Origin: Betaproteobacteria bacterium
GTDB lineage: Bacteria > Pseudomonadota > Gammaproteobacteria > Burkholderiales > Ga0077523
DNA: 52,310 bases
NCBI GenBank assembly: GCA_031393885.1
Contig: JANMWG010000193.1
Span: 1-52,310 of the forward strand
Direction of reading: 5' to 3'
Numbering within the stretch: position 1 is the first letter of the stretch; each line of letters opens with the position of its first letter. Both the position numbers and the translations under genes were made by a program. Below are positions 9,159-17,710 of the stretch, piece after piece. The notes below the pieces were generated by a model. That model saw only the letters and a program-made list of their open reading frames with translations, did not search any database and had not been told where the DNA came from.

Positions 9159-10982
9159 GTGACGCTGCTGACCGAGGCCTTTGTCTTTCTGGCGGCGGCC
9201 GTCGTCCTGGTGCCGCTGTTCAAGCGGCTCAGGCTGGGGGCCGTGCTCGGGTTCCTGGCGGCCGGCCTGGTCATCGGCCCCTGGGGTCTGCGCCTGGTCA
9301 CCGAGGTCGAGAGCACCATGGGCTTCGCCGAACTCGGCGTGGTGCTGCTGCTGTTCATCATCGGTCTCGAGCTGCAGCCATCGCGCCTGTGGGTGTTGCG
9401 CAAGACGGTCTTCGGCCTCGGCGCGGCGCAGGTCGGCGCCACCACGATCGTCATCGGTGCCGTCGCGTTCGGGTTCGGGTTGCCGCTTCCCGCGGCGATC
9501 GTCGTGGGCGTGGCGTTGTCGATGAACTCGACCGCGTTCATCCTGCAACTGTTGGCCGAACGCCGCCAACTCACCACCCGCCACGGCCGGTCGGCGTTCG
9601 CCATCTCGTTGTTCCAGGACATGGCGGTCATCCCGATGCTGGCGGTGATCCCGCTACTGGTCGTAGGCGAAGGCATGCACAGCGCCAATCCGTGGCTCGG
9701 CGCGCTGAAGGCGGTGGCGGTGATCGTCCTGGTGATCGTCGGCGGGCGCTATCTGTTGCGCCCGGTGCTGCGGGTGGTCGCGAAAGCGCAGATCCAGGAA
9801 ATCTTCACCGGCTGCGCCCTGCTCGTGGTCATCGGCACCGCGCTGCTCATGACCAGCGTGGGCCTGTCGATGACGCTCGGTGCCTTTCTCGCCGGCGTGC
9901 TGCTGGCTGATTCGGAGTACCGCCACGAGATCGAAGCCAGCATCGACCCGTTCAAGGGCTTGCTGCTGGGGCTGTTCTTCATTTCGGTCGGCATGTCGGC
10001 CAACCTGGGATTGCTGGTCTCGCATCCGGTCGCGGTCGTTGGCACCGCTCTCGCACTGATGCTGATCAAGGCAATCATCCTGATTCCGGTGGGGCGGCTC
10101 TCCGGCGACAACGCCGATGGCGTTCGCAGCCTCGCCGTGCTGCTGTGTCATGCCGGCGAGTTCGCGTTCGTGCTGTTCAACGTGGCGCTGTCCAACCGTG
10201 TGCTCGGTACCGATACGGTCGAGTTCCTGGTGGTGGTGGTGACCGTGTCGATGGCGCTGACGCCGCTGCTGTTCGTGATCAACGAAACCCTGATGGCGCG
10301 TGCCCGCGGCCGCCGGACGCCCGCCGCGTTCGACAGCATCCCCGACTCCGCCAACCCACGCGTGATCATCGCCGGTTTCGGACGGGTCGGTCAGATCGTC
10401 GGCCGGGTGCTGAACGCGCGCCACGTTCCGTTCACGGCGCTCGACATCAGCGCGGAACAGGTGGAGTCGGTCCGCCGCTTCGGCCGCAGCGCCTATTTCG
10501 GCGACGCGTCCAAGCTCGACCTGCTGCGCGCGGCCAAGACCGAAGACGCGGAGATATTCGTCCTCGCGATCGATGACGTGGCCGCTTCGGTGCGCACCGC
10601 CGAACTGGTGCGCAAGCATTTTCCGCATGTGGCGATACACGCGCGAGCCCGCAACCGCTTCCATGCGCACAAGCTGATGGACCTGGGCGTGAAGTTGATT
10701 GCGCGCGAGACGTTCGCCTCGTCGCTGGAACTGGCCGAGGGCCTGCTGGGCGCGCTCGGCTTCGCCGCCGCCGATGCCCGCGACACCATCGCGCGCTTCC
10801 GCCGTCACGACGAGCAGACCCTCGCGCGCCAGTACGCCGTGCACACCGACGAAGCCAGGCTGATCCAGTCGTCGAAGGAAGCCGCCGCCGAGCTCGACAG
10901 CCTGTTCGATTCCGACCGCGATCCTCGCGCCGACGGGGCGGCACCGCTTTCCGCCACCGACCTGGCGCGCAGCTGGAAGTAG
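9159..10982 (+). CDS. kefC: Glutathione-regulated K+/H+ efflux antiporter (KefB/KefC, CPA2)
   Basis: About 13 TM helices, GLELQPSRLW, LFQDMAV, LADSEYRHEIE, KTN domain GFGRVG. Confidence 0.9.
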   Translation: MTLLTEAFVFLAAAVVLVPLFKRLRLGAVLGFLAAGLVIGPWGLRLVTEVESTMGFAELGVVLLLFIIGLELQPSRLWVLRKTVFGLGAAQVGATTIVIGAVAFGFGLPLPAAIVVGVALSMNSTAFILQLLAERRQLTTRHGRSAFAISLFQDMAVIPMLAVIPLLVVGEGMHSANPWLGALKAVAVIVLVIVGGRYLLRPVLRVVAKAQIQEIFTGCALLVVIGTALLMTSVGLSMTLGAFLAGVLLADSEYRHEIEASIDPFKGLLLGLFFISVGMSANLGLLVSHPVAVVGTALALMLIKAIILIPVGRLSGDNADGVRSLAVLLCHAGEFAFVLFNVALSNRVLGTDTVEFLVVVVTVSMALTPLLFVINETLMARARGRRTPAAFDSIPDSANPRVIIAGFGRVGQIVGRVLNARHVPFTALDISAEQVESVRRFGRSAYFGDASKLDLLRAAKTEDAEIFVLAIDDVAASVRTAELVRKHFPHVAIHARARNRFHAHKLMDLGVKLIARETFASSLELAEGLLGALGFAAADARDTIARFRRHDEQTLARQYAVHTDEARLIQSSKEAAAELDSLFDSDRDPRADGAAPLSATDLARSWK

Positions 10983-11182
10983 CGTTGCACCACGCTCGCG
11001 CGATCAACGCGCGGGGCGCACCATCACGACGCAACGCCGATCACGCACGGCCGGTCGGCGAGCCATGCCGATGCGATCGGACCGATAGCGCGACTGCCGA
11101 TGCCGACGGCAAATTTCACGCAATAACACTGACGGTGTTTCTAACAGGCGCGCCGGACACTATTTAACAACATCTGATACGC

Positions 11183-11220
11183 TGCGAAACGCTTGCGGTT
11201 AGAACCCGACGCGTTTCGCA
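11183..11220. promoter_or_regulatory. Inverted repeat/hairpin in the leader of the PQQ dehydrogenase
   Basis: TGCGAAACGC...GCGTTTCGCA with perfect 10-bp arms and an inner GGTT/AACC stem. Confidence 0.45.
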
Positions 11221-11265
11221 CGACACCGTGCGAAGCCCCCGAAAATCCACTGGAGATTGCCTGCC

Positions 11266-12993
11266 ATGCCACGAACTTTCCCGCGCTCGACCCGTGTCGG
11301 CGCCCTGCTCGCCGCGGCTAGTGGTGTCGTTCTCGCCGGTCTTGCACCGATCGCGCTTGCCGACCCGACCCACACGCCGGTCACCGAAGAGATGCTGCTC
11401 AACGCCCCCAAGGAGGGCAGCAACTGGTTGATGGCCGGCCGCGACTACGCGGGCACGCGCTACAGCCCGCTCGCCCGCATCAACGCCAAGACGGTGAAGC
11501 GTCTGGTGCCGGTGTACTCGTTCTCGCTCGGCACGCTCGACGCGCAGAACACCACGCCGATCGTGGTCGACGGCGTGATGTACGTCACCGCCGCCCACGG
11601 CAAGATTTACTCGCTCGACGCCAAGACCGGCAAGGAACTTTGGTCGTTTGCCCATCCGCTGCCCGACAACATCGGCAAGATGATGTGCTGCGACGTCGGC
11701 AACCGCGGCGCTGCCGTGTTCGGCAACAAGGTGTATTTCGCGACCCCCGACGCGCATCTGATTGCGCTCGATCGCAAGACCGGCAAGGAAGTCTGGGACG
11801 TGCAGGTCGGCGACTGGACCAAGGCTCAGACCATGACGGTGGCCCCGCTGGTGGTGAAGGGCAAGGTCGTGGTGGGCATGTCGGGCGCGGAGTACCCGAC
11901 GCGGCTGTGGATCGATGCCTACGACGCCGAGACCGGCGCCATGGCATGGCGCAAGTACACCATCCCGGCACCGGGCGAACCCGGCGCCGACACCTGGGGC
12001 AATACCGACATGGAGGCCGCGAAGTACGGTGGCGGCTCGACCTGGATCACCGGTTCGTACGACCCCGAACTCGACACGCTCTACTGGAGCACCGGCAATC
12101 CGAATCCCGATTGGGACGGCATGGGCCGCATCGGTGACAACCTGTACACCAACTCCACGCTCGCGCTCAATCCGGACACCGGCGAGTACAAGTTCCACTA
12201 CCAGTACACGCCGTGGGACGTGTGGGATTTCGACGGCGTCAACGAGACCATCCTGGCCAACGTCGGCGGCAAGAAGGTCTGGCTGCACGGCGACCGCAAC
12301 GGCTTCCTGTACTCGATCGACCGCACCAACGGCAAGTTCGGCTGGGCCAAGGAAATCTCGACGGTGAACTGGGCCACCGGATTCACCGCGGAGGGCCGTC
12401 CGATCGTCGCGCAAGACAAGGTGCCGACCTACGATAAAAAAGCCATCCACGTATGTCCCGCCTCCGAAGGCGGCAAGTGGTGGAATCCGATGAGCTACAG
12501 CCCGGTGGCGAAGATGGTGGTGGTGCCGAGCCGCGAGATCTGCGCCGACATCCTGGCCGGCAAATCCGAGCGGGTCGAGGGCAAGTACAACCTCGGCATC
12601 GCCGAGGCCGACTGGATCAAGGGCTACGGCCAACTGGTCGGGTTCGACGCGGCCACCGGCGAAAAGAAGTGGACGGTCGCGGCACCGTCGCCCTTCACCA
12701 GCGGCGTGCTGACCACCGGCGGCGGACTCACCTTCGCCGGCACACCGGAAGGCGAGTTCAAGGCGTTCGACATCAACACCGGCGAAGAACTCTGGTCGTA
12801 CCAGACCGGGTCCGGCATCGTCGGTAGCCCGGTCGCGTTCGCCGTGGACGGCAAGCAGTACATTGCCGTGCCATCGGGCTGGGGCGGCTGGACCGGCTGG
12901 GCCACCTGGGGCGGCAAGGGCGGCGCGCCGCACCTTAAGGACATGCGTAAAGGCGGCATCGTGCACGTGTTCGCGCTGTTCGATCCGCAGTAA
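11266..12993 (+). CDS. Periplasmic PQQ-dependent alcohol dehydrogenase family protein (type I, probably lanthanide-binding)
   Basis: Signal peptide, Trp-docking repeats (LDAKTGKELW), vicinal disulfide CCDVGNRG, GAEY, TGNP, WDFDGVNE. Confidence 0.9.
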   Translation: MPRTFPRSTRVGALLAAASGVVLAGLAPIALADPTHTPVTEEMLLNAPKEGSNWLMAGRDYAGTRYSPLARINAKTVKRLVPVYSFSLGTLDAQNTTPIVVDGVMYVTAAHGKIYSLDAKTGKELWSFAHPLPDNIGKMMCCDVGNRGAAVFGNKVYFATPDAHLIALDRKTGKEVWDVQVGDWTKAQTMTVAPLVVKGKVVVGMSGAEYPTRLWIDAYDAETGAMAWRKYTIPAPGEPGADTWGNTDMEAAKYGGGSTWITGSYDPELDTLYWSTGNPNPDWDGMGRIGDNLYTNSTLALNPDTGEYKFHYQYTPWDVWDFDGVNETILANVGGKKVWLHGDRNGFLYSIDRTNGKFGWAKEISTVNWATGFTAEGRPIVAQDKVPTYDKKAIHVCPASEGGKWWNPMSYSPVAKMVVVPSREICADILAGKSERVEGKYNLGIAEADWIKGYGQLVGFDAATGEKKWTVAAPSPFTSGVLTTGGGLTFAGTPEGEFKAFDINTGEELWSYQTGSGIVGSPVAFAVDGKQYIAVPSGWGGWTGWATWGGKGGAPHLKDMRKGGIVHVFALFDPQ

Positions 12994-13053
12994 CCTTCTG
13001 GCAACACCTCGTGACAACGGGGGCGGCGCACGCCGCCCCCGCTCCTGACATAC

Positions 13054-13416
13054 ATGCACACCATCGCTCGTTGCACCCTGCTGTTCGCGACCATGATGGC
13101 GATACCCCTCGCCACTGCCGCCATCACCAACCCGCTGTCACCCACGCCCGAGTTGATCGCGGAAGGCAAGAAACTGTTCAACCGCACCGGGTGCATCGCC
13201 TGCCACGGCCACAACGCCCGCGGCGCCGTCGGTCCCGATCTGACCGACGACGAATGGCTGCGCACCCCGTCCGACGAAATGGTGTTCAACACCATCCGCA
13301 ACGGCCGCCAGGGCACCGCAATGTCCGGCTTCGCCGACAACATCACCGATGAACAGATCTGGACCATCATCACCTGGATCCGCGACGAAAACCGCAAGCG
13401 CAAGCTGCCGCAATAA
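13054..13416 (+). CDS. Monoheme cytochrome c, likely electron acceptor of the PQQ dehydrogenase
   Basis: Signal peptide, CIACH, GPDLTDDEW, axial Met in GTAMSGF. Confidence 0.9.
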   Translation: MHTIARCTLLFATMMAIPLATAAITNPLSPTPELIAEGKKLFNRTGCIACHGHNARGAVGPDLTDDEWLRTPSDEMVFNTIRNGRQGTAMSGFADNITDEQIWTIITWIRDENRKRKLPQ

Positions 13417-13444
13417 TTTCACCGTCTCGCCTCGGGCCACCGGT

Positions 13445-13780
13445 CCGGCAACCGCTTCTACAAGGCCATGTTCGACCAGCAGGCGCGGCGCGAGAACTAC
13501 CGGCTGGGACTTTGCCGATGTTCACAACCGCATGAACCTCGGCCCGGCACGCGAGCGGTCGTGGTGGCAACACCTCTGAAGCTGAAACCGGGGTATCCAC
13601 CGCGTCGGACCACCACCATTTTCGGGAGCACGATATGCCCGCGCTGCCGGAGGACACCCGCCTCTACCAGATCCTTTTTCTCGCCACGCTGCTTGCCCTG
13701 GGCGCGCTGGTTCGCGACTTCACCCTGCGTCGGGAACAAGCTGGCGCTGACGTTCGCCGCAGGCCTCGGCACCCCGATGA
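13445..13780 (+). pseudogene. Remnants of a DUF2330-like gene (C-terminus) and an RnfD/NqrB-like membrane gene (N-terminus)
   Basis: Fragments RFYKAMFDQQARREN and TGWDFADVHNRMNL...SWWQHL*, then DTRLYQILFLATLLALGALVRDFTLRREQ with a frameshift into LALTFAAGLGT. Family names are from recall. Confidence 0.5.
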
Positions 13781-13864
13781 TGCCGCCTCGAATCAAGGCC
13801 GGTGCCGACGGTACGCGAATCGTGCACGATTGCGCTTTCCACGATCGCGACCAAGGCCTGCGTC

Positions 13865-14506
13865 ATGCCCCTGAAGACTCCACGCACCACCGTCAAACGC
13901 CTGCCCAAGCGGGCTCGTTACGACTTCGACACCATTGCCGCCATTCTCGACGCCGGGTTTCTCTGCCACATCGGATTCGTGGCCGACGGGCAGCCGTTCG
14001 TGATTCCGACCGGCTTCGGGCGTGATGGCGAGACGCTCTACTTCCATGGCTCGTCGGTCAGCCGCACACTGAAACAGGTGGCCGACGGCGTGCCCATGTG
14101 CCTGACCGTGACGCATCTGGACGGCCTGGTGCTGGCCCGCTCCGGATTCCATTCCTCCATGAACTACCGCTCGGTGGTGGTGCTGGGAGCGGCGCGCAAG
14201 GTCGAGGGCGACGAGAAGCTGCATGCGCTCGAAGTGATCTCGGAACAGATCCTGAAAGGCCGCTGGGCCGAAATTCGCGGGCCATCGCGCAAGGAACTCA
14301 ACGGCACCACTGTGCTCGCATTGCCCATCGGCGAGGCATCGGCCAAGGTGCGCACCGGTCCGCCGGTGGACGACGAAGAAGACTATGCGCTGCCGGTGTG
14401 GGCCGGCGTGCTGCCGCTTTCGGTGAAGCCTGGAGCGCCACTTCCCGACGAGCGGTCGCCGGCGTCGATCAAGCCGCCGAAATACCTGCGCAAAGCCCGC
14501 GCATGA
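13865..14506 (+). CDS. Pyridoxamine 5'-phosphate oxidase-like FMN-binding protein (NimA-like)
   Basis: RARYD...ILDAGFLCHIGF, LYFHGS, DGLVLARSGFHSSMNYRSVV. Confidence 0.9.
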   Translation: MPLKTPRTTVKRLPKRARYDFDTIAAILDAGFLCHIGFVADGQPFVIPTGFGRDGETLYFHGSSVSRTLKQVADGVPMCLTVTHLDGLVLARSGFHSSMNYRSVVVLGAARKVEGDEKLHALEVISEQILKGRWAEIRGPSRKELNGTTVLALPIGEASAKVRTGPPVDDEEDYALPVWAGVLPLSVKPGAPLPDERSPASIKPPKYLRKARA

Positions 14507-14574
14507 ATATGCCGCCCCCGGAGCCCAGGGCTGGCGTTGCGCCTGCGGCTGCCTGAATAGGCGAATCGACCGGA

Positions 14575-15486
14575 TCACTCGATCGCGCTGTCGGGCTCCT
14601 CGTCCTTGCGCGTGCCGTGCCCCCACGCCACGTACAGGCCGCTCGCGACGATGATCGCCATGCCGATCATCGAGTGCCTATCGGGAAAATCGCCGAACAC
14701 GAAATAGCCCGCGAGTACGATCCAGATCAGTTGCGAATAGCCGAAGGGCGACAAGGCCGACGCCCGTTCGATCTCCAGCGCCTTGATCAGCAGATAGTGC
14801 CCCGACATGCCGGCCGCGCCGAGCAGCAGGAAGAGCGGCGCATGTTCCAGTTGTGGCGTTCGCCATGAATGCGGCAGCATGAAGGTCATGATCGCGCAGC
14901 CGACCACCGCGGTGTAGAACAAGGTGGTGACCGGGTCATCGCCGCCGCTGATCTTGCGGGTGATGATCTGGTACAGGCTGTAGCAGGCCGCCGAGCTCAG
15001 TGCGAGCAGCACGGCCGGATTCAGCATCGCGCTGCCGGGGCGCACGATGAACAGCGTGCCGCCGAATCCGATCGCGATCACGATCCAGCGGCCGAACGTC
15101 ACCCGTTCCTTCAGCAGCCACACCGCCAGCGCCGTCACCAGCAACGGCGACACGAAACTGATGGCCTTGACCTCGGCCAGCGGCAGAAAGCTGATCGCGC
15201 CGAAATTGCAGATGGTCGAGCCGAGCAGCAGCGTGGCGCGCGCGATCTGCCCGGCCGGCTGCACCGTGCGGAACAATCGCCCGCGCCGGATCGGCGCGAA
15301 AATCAGCAGCATCAATCCGACGTGAACCGTGTAGCGCACCCAGACCACCATCGGCACCGGATAGCTGAGGCTGAGAAACTTCGCCGTGGTTTCCAGTACG
15401 GTGAAGCACATGGCCATACCCAGCATCATCAGCACGGCGCGCGGATCGACGGTGTGGGGTGATGCGGAATCGGCGGTAGTCGCCAC
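14575..15486 (-). CDS. DMT/EamA family transporter
   Basis: About 10 TM helices, LPLAEVKAISFVSPLL, LLKERV, SALSPFGYSQL; GTG start with AAGGA (start approximate). Confidence 0.88.
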   Translation of the reverse strand: MATTADSASPHTVDPRAVLMMLGMAMCFTVLETTAKFLSLSYPVPMVVWVRYTVHVGLMLLIFAPIRRGRLFRTVQPAGQIARATLLLGSTICNFGAISFLPLAEVKAISFVSPLLVTALAVWLLKERVTFGRWIVIAIGFGGTLFIVRPGSAMLNPAVLLALSSAACYSLYQIITRKISGGDDPVTTLFYTAVVGCAIMTFMLPHSWRTPQLEHAPLFLLLGAAGMSGHYLLIKALEIERASALSPFGYSQLIWIVLAGYFVFGDFPDRHSMIGMAIIVASGLYVAWGHGTRKDEEPDSAIE

Positions 15487-15555
15487 GAAAATCCTTGCGA
15501 GGGGGTATCGGCAGCCGAGTTTACGCTGCGTTGCACATTGCGCAGTCGTGCGACC

Positions 15556-15569
15556 GTGTTGTACAACAC
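15556..15569. promoter_or_regulatory. Perfect 14-bp palindrome, possible GntR/FadR-type operator between divergent genes
   Basis: GTGTTGTACAACAC in the divergent intergenic region. Confidence 0.45.
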
Positions 15570-15808
15570 CGTCATCGCAGCGTCTGCCCTGGCTGCGACA
15601 CCAAACGAATCGGGCATTCGCATTCGTTGTGACCGATCCGATCCGACTCCACCCACAAATCACGAGGTCCGGACCAACCCCATCCCGCCAACCGCGTTCA
15701 GTAGCGCGACAACCCTGCTTGTTTCGGGGGTGCCGCACGCTCCTGGCCGCGTCGAGGCCCGTATCGGGTAGCGGCTGACCTCACAACAGTCCCGAGGAGA
15801 AGCACTTC

Positions 15809-16966
15809 ATGGAACGCAATCGACCAACGCCGTACATCGATCTCGAACAACCCCTTGCCACCGGCACCGTTCTGCGGACGCCGAAAGCCTTCAGCCGCCG
15901 CGATTTCCTGACCCGCACTGCCGCGGCAACCGTCGCCGTCACAGCCGCGCCGCTCGCCCTGGCGCACGGCACCGACAAATTCGGCCGCGACCGCGACTGG
16001 ACCGGCGACGATCCCGTCACCTACCCGGAGCCGGCGTGGGAAGTGAAGGACAAGCGCTTCAGCGGCCGGCAGGGCAATTCGACGCTGCAGCGCATCTGGC
16101 ACGGCATGGGCAATGATGCGTCGCTGTGGAATGAAGGCCCGGTGTGGATGGGCGACTGGGGTTGCCTGCTGTGGAGCGACATTCCCAATCATCGCGTGCT
16201 GCGCTGGAACGAAGACGACGGCCACGTGAGCGTGTTCCAGACCGAGTCGGGCTATTCCAACGGCCATTCGCGCGACAATCAGGGGCGCCTGATCGCCATG
16301 GAGCACGACACCCGCCGCGTGCGCCGCCGCGAGTACGACGGCACCTGGACCATCCTCGCCGACAGCTTCGAAGGCAAGAAACTCAATGCCCCCAACGACG
16401 CCGCGACGCACGCCGATGGCTCCGTCTGGTTCACCGATCCCGGCTACGGCATCCTCGGACCGTACGAAGGTCACAAGGCCGAATTCGAGCTGCCCACCCG
16501 CGTCTACCGCATCGACGGCAAGACCGGCAAGTTGTCGGTCATCTCGGAAGGCAAGATCCGCCGCCCGAACGGCCTGTGCTTCTCGCCCGACTTCAAGAAG
16601 CTCTATGTCGTCGACACCGGCGCGACCGACGGCCCGTATCCGGCCGACATCACCGTGTTCGACGTCAACAGTTCGGGCACCGGCGTCAGCAACCCGAAGC
16701 AGTTCGCCGATTTCGCGCCCGGTTTCACCGACGGCATCCGCTGCGACACCGACGGCAACGTCTGGTGCGGATGGGGTTGGGGCGGGATGGACACCAACGG
16801 CGTGCGTGTGCATGCACCCGATGGCACCCTGCTCGCCTTCCTGCATACCCCGGAGGTCGTCGCCAACCTGTGCTTCGGCGGCACCAAGCGCAACCGTCTG
16901 TTCATGACCGGCAGCACCTCGGTCTACGCGGTCTACGTCAATGCGGTAGGCGCAGCGCTGTCGTAG
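15809..16966 (+). CDS. SMP-30/gluconolactonase family protein with Tat signal
   Basis: SRRDFL Tat motif, EGPVW, WSDIPN, SNG, LNAPND, PNGLCFSPD, DGIRCD. Confidence 0.92.
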   Translation: MERNRPTPYIDLEQPLATGTVLRTPKAFSRRDFLTRTAAATVAVTAAPLALAHGTDKFGRDRDWTGDDPVTYPEPAWEVKDKRFSGRQGNSTLQRIWHGMGNDASLWNEGPVWMGDWGCLLWSDIPNHRVLRWNEDDGHVSVFQTESGYSNGHSRDNQGRLIAMEHDTRRVRRREYDGTWTILADSFEGKKLNAPNDAATHADGSVWFTDPGYGILGPYEGHKAEFELPTRVYRIDGKTGKLSVISEGKIRRPNGLCFSPDFKKLYVVDTGATDGPYPADITVFDVNSSGTGVSNPKQFADFAPGFTDGIRCDTDGNVWCGWGWGGMDTNGVRVHAPDGTLLAFLHTPEVVANLCFGGTKRNRLFMTGSTSVYAVYVNAVGAALS

Positions 16967-16988
16967 TCGGGATCCGTCCCGGTAGTGG

Positions 16989-17023
16989 AGCCCGCGAACT
17001 GCAAGGTTCGCGGGCTTTTTCTT
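16989..17023 (+). terminator. Intrinsic terminator
   Basis: AGCCCGCGAACT-GCAA-GGTTCGCGGGCT followed by a T-rich tail. Confidence 0.85.
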
Positions 17024-17088
17024 GCCCGTCCGTCCTGCCTGTGCCCCTGTGGCAAAATCGGATACTCAGAACCTGAGGAGGAGTCGCC

Positions 17089-17445
17089 ATGAAGCACATC
17101 AACTGGGATCAGATTCCGTTCGAGCAGATCAATCCGCATTTCCGCCGCAAGCTCGCCTGGGATGGCGACGTGATGGTGGCGCGCACCGATGTCGAAGGTG
17201 GCTACGTGGTGCCATTGCACTCGCACCCGAACGAGCAGGTCACCTGGGTGATGAGCGGCAAGTGGCGTTTCCATCTCGACAACAAGGTGGTCGAGGTGGG
17301 CCCTGGCGAGATGATCTTCATCCCCAAGAACGTGCCGCACACGGTCGAGGCGGTGGAAACCCTCGTGGCCTACGACATCTTCACGCCACCGCGGAAAGAC
17401 TGGCTGGAGGGCGGCGACGCGTATCTGCGCGAACCCAAAGGTTGA
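17089..17445 (+). CDS. Cupin domain protein
   Basis: PLHSHPNEQ...IPKNVPH metal-binding motifs, FTPPRKDW; GAGGAG RBS. Confidence 0.9.
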   Translation: MKHINWDQIPFEQINPHFRRKLAWDGDVMVARTDVEGGYVVPLHSHPNEQVTWVMSGKWRFHLDNKVVEVGPGEMIFIPKNVPHTVEAVETLVAYDIFTPPRKDWLEGGDAYLREPKG

Positions 17446-17495
17446 CCCCACCAGGCTTGCTTCGCTTCGCCACCCTTTGAGAGGGTGCAGCGGCA
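17442..17495 (+). repeat. Short stop-anchored repeat copy
   Basis: TTGACCCCACCAGGCTTGCTTCGCTTCGCCACCCCTTTGAGAGGGTGCAG begins on the cupin TGA. Confidence 0.7.
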
Positions 17496-17640
17496 CTCGG
17501 TGGACAACCTGGAGGCCTTCAGGCAGTTCTACTTGGAGTACCCACAACTGATTTCCGAGACAGTGCGTAGCCAATTGGCGCTGCCCTCGATTTCCGAGAG
17601 GGTGTCTCGGAAATCCGCCGCGGCCGGTGTCACAGTGCAA
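17485..17640 (+). pseudogene. Fragment resembling the DUF1016/YhcG N-terminal domain
   Basis: SVDNLEAFRQFYLEYPQLISETV...ISERVSRKS resembles the YhcG S-x-x-N-L-x-x-x-R-Q-F-Y-x-x-Y-P motif; the sequence is AT-richer. Confidence 0.55.
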
Positions 17641-17710
17641 TCGCGCCCGGGCGCGATTGCATCCAAATCTCTCACCCCTGCTTGCGCTGGCAGGCAGGTA
17701 TGAGTTCGCG

